Origin: Paramicrosporidium saccamoebae KSL3
Lineage: Eukaryota > Fungi > Cryptomycota
Direction of reading: 5' to 3'
Assembly (NCBI GenBank): GCA_002794465.1
Contig: MTSL01000206.1
Location: 1 to 32,000, forward strand
Length of the DNA: 32,000 nucleotides
Part shown: piece after piece, positions 19,509 to 28,190 of the stretch
Layout of the letters: each line of letters begins with the position of its first letter
How positions within the stretch are numbered: position 1 is the stretch's first letter
The notes under the pieces: generated by a model
What the model saw: only the letters and a program-made list of their open reading frames with translations
Databases searched by the model: none
What the model was told of the DNA's origin: nothing
Position numbers and translations under genes: made by a program

Positions 19509-21089
19509 ATGACTAGCAGTCCAACAGACTCCAACGTAACCGTGCACTCTGATAGCCGTGTGCGTTGTAAGATGCCCCCCACGGGCAGTCGAATCAGCTG
19601 GGTGTCACAATTAGATATTGATGCCACGCCGGCATGCGTCCGGAAGACCTCCATCATCTGCACTATTGGACCCAAAACGAACAACGTGGATTCTTTAATT
19701 GAGCTGCGAAAGGCAGGAATGAATATTGTGCGGATGAATCTGTCGCACGGGTCGCATGAGTACCATGGATCAGTGGTGGAGAATGTACGACGGTCATTTG
19801 AAGTATTCCCAGGGAGACCGGTGGCGCTTGCATTGGACACAAAAGGACCAGAGATCCGGTCTGGCGAGCTGGAAGGCGGGGTTTGCTTGATCCCAAAAGA
19901 TCATGTATTCATACTGACTACTGATGAGAAATATCGTCTGTGCGGCGGTCTAGAGCGGGTCTTTGTGGATTATCCACAGATTGGTGAGACTCTGGAGCCG
20001 GGCAAGCTAGTATACGTTGACGACGGCAATTTGCAGCTGGAAGTACTCGAGTCTCTGGGGAGCCAAGGAGTCAAGGTTCGAGCCTTGAACTCGCATAAAT
20101 TGCTGAATCGAAAAGGAGTCAACTTGCCGTACACAAAGGTCCTGATCCCCTCAGTGTCGGAGAAGGACAAGCAGGATTTGCGGTTTGCGGTTGAGCAAAA
20201 GATGGACATGGTCTTTGCCTCCTTTATCCGTAAGCCCGAAGACATTCACGAAATACGAAAAATACTGGGAGACAGTAAGATTCTCGTGATTGCCAAGATT
20301 GAAAACCACGAGGGAGTGAAAAACTTTGACGCCATCCTGGAAGAGGCAGACGGAATCATGGTAGCCCGTGGCGATCTCGGGATTGAGATTCCTCCTCAAA
20401 AGGTCTTTGTTGCGCAAAAGATGATGATTGCACGGGCCAATCTGAAGGGTAAGCCAGCGATTTGTGCCACGCAAATGCTCGAATCCATGACGCAGAACCC
20501 ACGACCCACGCGAGCAGAGGCATCCGATGTGGCCAACGCCGTTCTCGATGGCGCAGATTGTGTAATGTTGTCGGCTGAGACGGCGAGTGGAAATTATCCC
20601 GTCGAGACAGTACGCACAATGGCCAGCATCTGTGCCGAGGCTGAATCGACCATTGCCTATTTGCCGCTGTTTGAAGAGCTACGAGCTCTCATTGGCTGTG
20701 CCGAGAATGTTACTGAGACTATTGCCTGTTCCGCTGTTAATGCAGCATCGGAGACATATGTCCAGGCAATCATTGTGCTCACCACCACTGGCGGCACTGC
20801 TCGTCAGGTTGCCAAATTCCGACCACAGGTGCCAATCATTACAGTGACCCGCGAAGATTTGACCGCTCGACAAATCCATCTTCATCGCGGCTGTTATCCG
20901 CTGGTCTGGAAAGAATCACATGATCCGCAGAACGAATGGCAGGGCGACGTCGATGGACGTTTCCGATGGGCCATTTCCGAGGCCAAACGGATTAATCTGC
21001 TCAAAACGGGCGACCATGTGGTGCTCATCCAAGGAGCCCGAGCAGGACATGGCCATACCAACACTTTACGCATCCTCCAAGTCGAATAA
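19509..21089 (+). CDS. PYK1: Pyruvate kinase, 526 aa
   Basis: IICTIGPK, RMNLSHG, ALDTKGPEIR, VDDG, KGVNLP, DMVFASFIR, IAKIEN, GIMVARGDLGIEIP, ATQMLESM, PTRAEASDVANAVLDGADCVMLSAETASG. Confidence 0.98.
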   Translation: MTSSPTDSNVTVHSDSRVRCKMPPTGSRISWVSQLDIDATPACVRKTSIICTIGPKTNNVDSLIELRKAGMNIVRMNLSHGSHEYHGSVVENVRRSFEVFPGRPVALALDTKGPEIRSGELEGGVCLIPKDHVFILTTDEKYRLCGGLERVFVDYPQIGETLEPGKLVYVDDGNLQLEVLESLGSQGVKVRALNSHKLLNRKGVNLPYTKVLIPSVSEKDKQDLRFAVEQKMDMVFASFIRKPEDIHEIRKILGDSKILVIAKIENHEGVKNFDAILEEADGIMVARGDLGIEIPPQKVFVAQKMMIARANLKGKPAICATQMLESMTQNPRPTRAEASDVANAVLDGADCVMLSAETASGNYPVETVRTMASICAEAESTIAYLPLFEELRALIGCAENVTETIACSAVNAASETYVQAIIVLTTTGGTARQVAKFRPQVPIITVTREDLTARQIHLHRGCYPLVWKESHDPQNEWQGDVDGRFRWAISEAKRINLLKTGDHVVLIQGARAGHGHTNTLRILQVE

Positions 21090-21125
21090 TAAAGCAACGG
21101 CATGAATTTTATTGATATAGAAGTT

Positions 21126-22121
21126 TTAGAGCGGACGGCGACGGTCATCACGGTCACCGCGGTCACGAGGAGAATCCATTCCACCTCGTTGCGGACGTCC
21201 TCCAACGCTCGGCCTGCCGCCACTGCTTCCACCACGGGACCATCCAGCACCGCCATCACGGTCACGGTCGCGGTCACCACGGTCGCCACGATCACCGCGG
21301 TCACGGTCGCGACGGTCGCCTCCTCGTCCTCCGCGTGACCCTCCGCCGTGACTGCCAGCACTCGAAGTAAATTCAGTCAGGTCAACTCGGAGCGAAGTGG
21401 CATTTTCCACTCCAGAGGCCTTGAGCATGACGGCATAAAACTCTTCCCTATTCCGTATTAGGAAGGAATCAATGCTATTACCTGATTCGTTCACGGACGT
21501 CAAATGCGGCTGGTCCCAGCCAGAGCGAAATACGGCTTCGGCTCCCGCGATAAGCAAACTGGACACCGGTCAGGACCTGATAATCTGTGAGTTGGCATCC
21601 CACTGCCATTAATAACTAAACGTCAGACTAACCAATCAAGAAGTACGGCCATCTTCCACATGTTCGTAATGTTCATGTTTCGGGGCAGCTGCACTCGCCA
21701 CTCACAGCCTCCCACATTTGCCGGATCCTCCCACATTGGCTTGACGCCCTCGCGCATGAAAAAGTAATCACACTGCACCGGGATGGTGGTCACATCCTGC
21801 ATGCTCTTGTATAAACTAAAGTTAGCGTCCTGCCCCCAAGAGATACCACCAAAAGTCTTCCACCGTTCCAATGGTTACAGATTCTTCCAGACTGCCGGCC
21901 CAGGCGTCCTGCGTCACTCCCCGAGAGCTGGCACCTTCCACAGCGCCGAGCTTCTTGTGTAGTGTCCAGTGCGACTGCAGAGGGTGTTTGACGTGGTAGC
22001 TGGTGGCGTCCTCGAGGATGGTGCGATATCCCGAGACGGACGTGCGGCACGCCTCCACAAGGCCACCCGTGGGGGTCGTGGGAGGCGCTTCATTGCAATT
22101 TGGTGCGTCAGTGCTGGTCAT
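21126..22121 (-). CDS. eIF4E: Cap-binding factor eIF4E with a C-terminal RGG/RD low-complexity tail, 299 aa; introns 21816-21846, 21616-21646, 21448-21481
   Basis: Spliced protein has HPLQSHWTL, AWAGSL, TVEDFWCLY, DYFFMREGVKPMWEDPANVGGCEW, MWKMALL and RISLWL; three 31-34 nt GTA...TAG introns keep frame. Confidence 0.92.
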
Positions 22122-22176
22122 GACCAGTTTGGTCGGTTTACTGCCCCCGGTCGTCTGAGATGGGTTGACAGGCGTA

Positions 22177-22483
22177 CATGGCCAACTGACGTGAGCATGA
22201 TTTTCTAATAGTTTTTTTGCAGTATAAACAGTCTTGCCACATCATTATCCCAACTAGACACAACCGGATCAATTATCAGACATGGCCGGCTGACGTGCTC
22301 ATGCTTTTCTACTAGCTCTTTGCAATATAAACAGTCGCCACATCATTGTCCCGACTAGATAAAATTCGATCGTTTATCAGACGTGATCGGCTGACTTGAG
22401 CATAATTTTCTAATAGTTTTTGCAGTATAAACAGTCTCGCCATATGATCGTTCCGACTAGATACAATTTGGTTATTTATCAGA
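22177..22483. repeat. Three tandem ~102-bp units between the KIF15 stop and the eIF4E start
   Basis: CTGAC anchors at 22186, 22290 and 22391; each unit has TTTTCTA.TAG...TGCA.TATAAACAGTC...CC.ACTAGA...TTATCAGA. Confidence 0.92.
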
Positions 22484-25400
22484 TCCGACACTAAAATGTC
22501 CGGTTCTTGCACTCTTATATATATCCTCCAGCTCCACATTGCGCTGTGCCAGCCGAGCAAGCTCATCTCGGAGGTGCTTAATCTCTACTCGGAACTGGTT
22601 GTTCTCCTCCTTAATCTGCACATGGTATTGCAGCTTTTGCTTCATGTTCGAGTGTTTGATCAGCTTGTCATTCTCGCGCGTCAGCTTCAGCACCTCTTCT
22701 TGCATATTCTCCATCTCTTGATGCAGATGTGCTACCGTCTCTTGGGCGGCCGCCAAGTTTTCACGATCCGTTGGAGAGGAGGAGAGCTTGGCGATATGAG
22801 AGAGCAGTTCTTCATTGTCTTGTTGGGCTGACTGTAGGGTAAATTCCAGACGTTTGACGCGTTGCTGTAAAAGGGTTTGCTGTTGATCTCCCTGCTCAAT
22901 GCGGCGGACAATTTCATCAGTAGAAGATCCGTATGACTTTAGCGGGTCATATCGTAACAACTCTCCAGATAAATTCGATATCTGTTCCTCAAGGTCTTTA
23001 ATCTTTTGCTGGTTGAGGGCAGCTTCGTTACGGACATCTCGGAGAAGATCACATGTTTGATGATATTGCGTCTCGACCTCTGTCAGGGTGGAACGCAAAT
23101 TCTCCACAGTCGTCGCAAGTGCCTTTTTCTCCGAATCGAGACAATTCTTATCTCCCAGCGCATCCTCCAGCTTTTTGCAAGACTCGTCAAATTGGTTCTT
23201 CATCAACAGCATCTTTTCCTCATATCTCATCTTTTCACTGTGCAAATCTCCTTGTAATGTCTTGGCTGCATCAGCTTCTGTTTTTGCTGCTCCACGAATA
23301 TCCTCTAGATTCCCACGAAGCACTTGATTTTCCATCTCCAGCTGGCAAATTTTTCGCTCCAGTCTCTCTTGCATAACCAAAAGCTCTTCATTCGATTTGC
23401 TCATTGCTTCGTCGGCTTGATCACGTTGTGCTTCATTGGTCTGATCACATTGTACTTCATCAGCCTGATCACATTGTGCTTCATCGGCTTGATCGCATTG
23501 TGCATCACGGTTACATCGCTTTCTCTTGCCAATACTCGCCGACGACAAATTCATGTTGGAGGCACACAATTCTTCATATTCCTTCTTCATCATCTCGTGG
23601 GCAGTGTGTAAATCTTCGAACCTGCCTTCAAGAGTCTGTTTCTCAATTGCGAGTTGCTCAAACTTACTCCTCAGCCCTGCATCAGCGTTCAGGTCATTAT
23701 CCGATTTACGTAGCATCAAGAGGGATTCAGAACTGACCTGCTGCACTGGAATTTCGTCTCCCTCCTCGGGTGCTTGAGCTTGCCGTACTTTATCTTTTGC
23801 TTCCCGCGCCTGGATCTGATTCTTGGCCGCAGTGTATTGTTGTGACAAAATCTCTGAATATTTTCTGGCCTTTGCCAAGGCCGCTTCGTGGGCTTCAAGA
23901 TTATTCATAAAGGAATCCAACTGAGACATTCTGGCCTTTAGCTGAGCACTCTCCTGAGCAAACTTGATGACTTCGGGATGACAATCTAGCATCTTTTTCA
24001 ATTCGGCAATCTCTGTTTTGTATTGTTCCTAAGTGTGAATGAGGAGACTATAGGGTACCCTTTCGGCATCAAAAACGTCAAAAAAGCTGTCAGGGTTCTG
24101 TTCGGCGAGTTTGCTCTGGAAGGCTTTGATTGTCCCTTCTCTCAACTTGGCAATCATTTTCTCCGACTAAAGCATTACTAACACGACATTGAGCTACGTT
24201 GACTTGCTGGTCCTTCCTCTTCAATTGCTCCTCAAGCATTTCTAGGCGCTGTCTCGTCTTGCTGATTTCAGCCAGACTTTCGGCCTGTCGTTCTAAAGCA
24301 ACCGACAACATGAAATAGACATCACTTTGCTCTCCTTGGGCAGTCAATGATTCCAACGTAGTTTCGTCAATGGGATGTCTACCTCCCTGGGTCTTGAGCA
24401 CCAAAACTTCGCCACGAAGTCTACGTATTTCTGCTTGCAGCTCCACTAGATTCCCTTGGATATCCTTATTAACAATAGCCTTATTTCGGATTTGCTTGGC
24501 GCGCTGGGCAAATCGCAGGGTGCTGAGCGATTCGGCCTGACATAGGGGCGATGGCGAAACTGCGGCAATAATCAGCGTCTTGGCATTTCCACCCAACGAA
24601 TCGCGCAACAAAAATGTCAACCGCGAATCACGATAATGCACATGTCTTGGTTTTCCATTTGCAATATCCACGAGGGCATTAATGACGTTACTCAGGGCAA
24701 GGAGACTTTTGTTAATATTCCCCGCCTCCTTCAGTCTCGCTCCCGCTGTATTGGAAAATTGTTGTCGCTCCGATCCAGCCAAATCCACCAAATTGAATCT
24801 CGCCTCTCTCACATCCAGGATCTCTCCATCCAATTTTTTGCTCTGCAAGAATATTGTAAACACGGAATGGGAACGGCTCGATTCACGATTCATTGACGTT
24901 TCTGCGACATGTCGGTTTCTAGACCCTTCCTCAAACAACATGAATGCATCTTGGGGAGAGTAAATGGTCTCTTCACGACAGCCCTCAATGTAGACACCCT
25001 TTTTAGCGTCCTCTCGCAGATTGCAGACAGGGCCACTGTGGTCGAGGAGGTCGTAAATGCACTCATTGTAAATTTCAACGTACGAGCATTTGCAGTAGTG
25101 AGAGATTGCGCCATGACTCTTGCGCTCCTCCTCGCGGATGCGCTCAAAGAGATATTCAAAGATGCGGGGGATCATTCCGCGTTGTCCATAGTCAATGCTT
25201 CCGTCTTCATTGACGGGGCCTTGCATTGTAAAGGTCTTTCCCGAGCCTGTCTGGCCATATGCAAAAATGGTTCCATTGTAGCCCATCAGACAGTTATCTG
25301 TAATGTCACGTCCAGCAATATTAAAGACATCCTCCTGTTTGATATCGGCGCCGCCAATAGCATCAAAGGTAAAGTTTTCGCCATCGACGCTGCCAGGCAG

Positions 25401-25663
25401 TGTGAGCAACGAAGAGCTCGCACTGTTTCTTGGATTTAAAATACGCACGGTAGTTCCATGACCAGCATCCACACCGTCACCCATATCGAGAACCTGCACC
25501 ACCGAAGCGGCCCGTCGATGGAGATTGGAATTCAGCAGCGATTGGTCCTCCCGCTCCACAAAAGGACGGATACGCAAATACACGCGGATGTTTTCAGAAT
25601 CCACTAGACAATCAGAACGATGGTTGGATGGCTGCTACTGCTGCTGGCTACGCTGCCGTTCAT
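22472..25663 (-). CDS. KIF15: Kinesin-12 (KIF15/Xklp2-like), about 1031 aa; introns 25604-25638, 24167-24197, 24029-24058
   Basis: Motor motifs YGQTGSGKTFTM, NRESSRSHSVF, LVDLAGSERQ, HVHYRDSRLTFLLRDSLGGNAKT. KIF15-like stalk SEKMIAKLRE and LDCHPEVIKFA, and HMMR_C-like tail HSNMKQKLQYHVQIKEEN. The first micro-exon (25639-25663) is less certain. Confidence 0.9.
23406..23506. repeat. 24-bp x4 coding minisatellite in the KIF15 stalk (EAQCDQAD octapeptide)
   Basis: Consensus GCTTCRTCRGCYTGATCRCATTGT, four units plus a partial. Confidence 0.93.
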
Positions 25664-25906
25664 TGGAACGTTTCCCCGTTGTGGAGGGAAATCCATTGGC
25701 ACTGTTTAAACACCCGTATTTACGAAAAGTCAATTACCGTTAAAGAGCCCAATGGCCGGATCCTCTGGCGTAAGACTATAACATAGATAGTGCTCGATTA
25801 TTTACAATGGCAGAAAATTGCAAATAGTCAAGTACTATGGCGTTAAATCCAAGGACAGAACACCTGACTTAAAGCCACGGTATTTACGTAAATTCCTTTA
25901 TTAAAG

Positions 25907-26365
25907 ATGGAGCGCCCATCGTCTTTGCCGTCGTCATCATCGTCCAGACACGACCGGTCTGATGAAAAACTGCGTCGGATAGAAGAGCGACGCAAAGAGG
26001 ACAGTTTGGCCGCCAAACAAGAGACAGAACAATGGGGCAAGACTTTACAGGACAGTGATCATGCAAAAATTATTGAGAAAGAGGCAGGTGCGAGTCGTTT
26101 TATCCGACATGCTGACGACCCCACCCTTAACCAACGGAAACAGCACGAATCCCGTTGGGACGACCCGGCCCGTCACTTTGTAGACAGTATGAAGCAGGAA
26201 CGACCCAAACACCGGGCCCCGCCCAACCGGTTTGACCTCCCACCGGGTGTACACTGGGACGGCGTGGATCGGTCAAATGGGTTTGAAAGACGACTATTCC
26301 AAGAGAGAGCGAGCAAAGTATCTACAAAAGAACATGCACATAGGCACGATTACGAAGATTTATAA
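25907..26365 (+). CDS. BUD13: RES-complex splicing factor Bud13 (short form, 152 aa; an upstream exon is possible)
   Basis: RWDDPA and APPNRFDLPPGVHWDGVDRSNGFE, the Bud13 C-terminal signature. Confidence 0.85.
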   Translation: MERPSSLPSSSSSRHDRSDEKLRRIEERRKEDSLAAKQETEQWGKTLQDSDHAKIIEKEAGASRFIRHADDPTLNQRKQHESRWDDPARHFVDSMKQERPKHRAPPNRFDLPPGVHWDGVDRSNGFERRLFQERASKVSTKEHAHRHDYEDL

Positions 26366-26408
26366 AAGCAGACTTGTTACAATTAGACCCAAGACGATTT
26401 GTAAAGTG

Positions 26409-26630
26409 GTGAAATGTTCCAAAAAGATGGCAATCATATATGGACTAGTGAAATGTTCCAAAAAGATGGCGATCATATATGGACTAGTAAAATGTTCCAA
26501 AAAATAATGTTTATGCATTCTAAAAGTAGACAACGATCCCAAACGGTAATGCTTGTGCGTCATACAAGTAGACAAAATTCCAAAAGACGGTACTCGTGCA
26601 TCAAAAGAGTAGACAAATGTCTAAAAAAGG
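26409..26630. repeat. 39-42 bp minisatellite: 2.5 near-perfect units grading into degenerate units
   Basis: GTGAAATGTTCCAAAAAGATGGCRATCATATATGGACTA at 26409, 26448 and partially 26487; then AGTAGACAA anchors about 41-42 bp apart, one followed by TTCCAAAAGACGG. Confidence 0.85.
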
Positions 26631-26867
26631 CCCCGTCCCTTTGTCGCGTAGTGGGGATAATACCACGGCCCAGTTTAGGCGAGAAGAGACGAGGTGGGAC
26701 GAGAAGAGAATTTATTCAGTCGATCCAACGACCCATTTATAGTCTCACAAATAACATTATCCTTCATCGATTGTTCTGATTATCCCTTCTCCAAACTAGG
26801 GAACTATCCTCAAATACCCAACTAATCAGTCTTCTACGCCACACCCTTATACATAGATGTGCTAATA

Positions 26868-27866
26868 ATGTGTCAGGGGCATATGGTCTTTCTACCTGGG
26901 TGTCGGAGATGCATTCCACTGGCATGGTCCCGTCCCATTACATTTCAGAAATACAGCACAGAGCGATGGATAGAAATGTCACCTCTTAGCAGACGGATGA
27001 CGCGCCTCCCCTCGCTGTATGCGTCATTGTCCAAGGTGAAATTGTCCGCATTGGTGGTGGCTACTACGGTTGCCGGCTTCCAACTGTCGCCCGGCTCCCT
27101 ACAGCTGCCCCTTCTGGCCTGGACAGCCACAGGCGTTGCCCTGAGTTCCTTCTCCGCCAATACCCTCAACCAATGGTTTGAATCGCCTTTTGACGCCCAA
27201 ATGGGACGGACACGGGGCCGTCCATTACCGACCCAACGACTGTCGGCAAGCCACGCCTTTAGTTACGCAATTGTGGCAGGACTATGCGGAGTAGGTCTGT
27301 TGGCAGTCAAGGCGGGATGGCTGGCAGCAGTGCTGTCAGGAACCAACATTGCCCTATATGCGGCCCTATATACGCCGCTGAAGCGATCGAGTGTGGCCAA
27401 CACGTGGGTTGGAGCAGTAGTTGGGGCAATTCCGCCAATGATCGGCTATGTTGCCGGTGGGGGTGGATTTGATCTCGGCTGTCTCGTCCTTGGGGCTACT
27501 CTCTACTGCTGGCAGTTTCCCCATTTCAATGCACTCAGCTGGAACTTGCGTGCCGACTACAGTCGGGCCGGATATTGCATGGCATCCGTCCTCAATCCAA
27601 AGTTGACAGTGGATTCAGCCCTACGACATTCCCTCGCCCTACTGCCATTGTCAGCGCTTGTCGTCTATTCGGGAATCTGCGATAGCTGGTGGTTTATCGT
27701 CCATGCGACGCCCCTCCATTTGGGAATGGTGTATCTGGCGTACCAATTCCGACAGAATCCGTCTCGTCCAACAGCACGACGTCTCTTCTTGTATTCGCTT
27801 CTGCATCTGCCGCTCATCCTAACCCTCATGGTTCTCCATCATCAGTATCGACAACCCGATAAATAA
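26868..27866 (+). CDS. COX10: Protoheme IX farnesyltransferase (heme O synthase)
   Basis: LSKVKLSALVV, SANTLNQWFESPFDAQMGRTRGRPLP, LYTPLKR, NTWVGAVVGAIPPMIG, WQFPHFNALSW, DYSRAGYCM. First ATG is 26868 (alternative 26883). Confidence 0.95.
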   Translation: MCQGHMVFLPGCRRCIPLAWSRPITFQKYSTERWIEMSPLSRRMTRLPSLYASLSKVKLSALVVATTVAGFQLSPGSLQLPLLAWTATGVALSSFSANTLNQWFESPFDAQMGRTRGRPLPTQRLSASHAFSYAIVAGLCGVGLLAVKAGWLAAVLSGTNIALYAALYTPLKRSSVANTWVGAVVGAIPPMIGYVAGGGGFDLGCLVLGATLYCWQFPHFNALSWNLRADYSRAGYCMASVLNPKLTVDSALRHSLALLPLSALVVYSGICDSWWFIVHATPLHLGMVYLAYQFRQNPSRPTARRLFLYSLLHLPLILTLMVLHHQYRQPDK

Positions 27867-27972
27867 ACGATTGACCAATCAGTGCGCCGGACCTCGTGGA
27901 CCGACAGACTACCACGGGGGATGTCCGGGGTATCATATGTTGGCCGGACAGGGACCAACTGTGACGTTATGT

Positions 27973-28164
27973 ATGGAAAGACTGGAGGAGATCTTACGAA
28001 ACACTGAACTGAACACTGCAGCCCCAACCCGGCCGGTAGAGATACCACGAAAAAGACGAAACGCCATAGATACGATGCAACCATTTGCATTTCCCCTTGT
28101 TGTTCCCAAGCCATCCAGCTCCATTCCCGAGACGCTTTACCAACGCGGCACCGCAAGACTGTAA
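27973..28164 (+). CDS. Candidate small protein (63 aa; 75 aa from ATG 27937) containing RKRRNAI
   Basis: Fills an otherwise unexplained 324-bp gap between convergent COX10 and RBM39; GACCAATCA box at 27873; AT-rich 3' flank. No homology recognised. Confidence 0.4.
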   Translation: MERLEEILRNTELNTAAPTRPVEIPRKRRNAIDTMQPFAFPLVVPKPSSSIPETLYQRGTARL

Positions 28165-28190
28165 AATTACAATTTTATTTATTTATCAAA

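Noticed and set aside
20894-21361. Alternative-frame ORFs 20894-21361(-) and 21102-21338(+) rich in VTA/TAV
   Set aside because: Shadow frames of the GC-rich RGG/RD repeat of eIF4E and the end of pyruvate kinase.
22177-22483. CRISPR-like or mobile-element reading of the 102-bp and 39-bp repeats (also 26409-26630)
   Set aside because: The units are contiguous tandem copies without unique spacers, in a eukaryotic context; no cas or transposase ORF and no TIR or TSD seen.
25752-25906. Upstream BUD13 exons (ATG GCC GGA TCC TCT GGC followed by GTAAGA)
   Set aside because: No combination of 29-36 nt introns that I tried joined these in frame to the BUD13 ORF; left unresolved.
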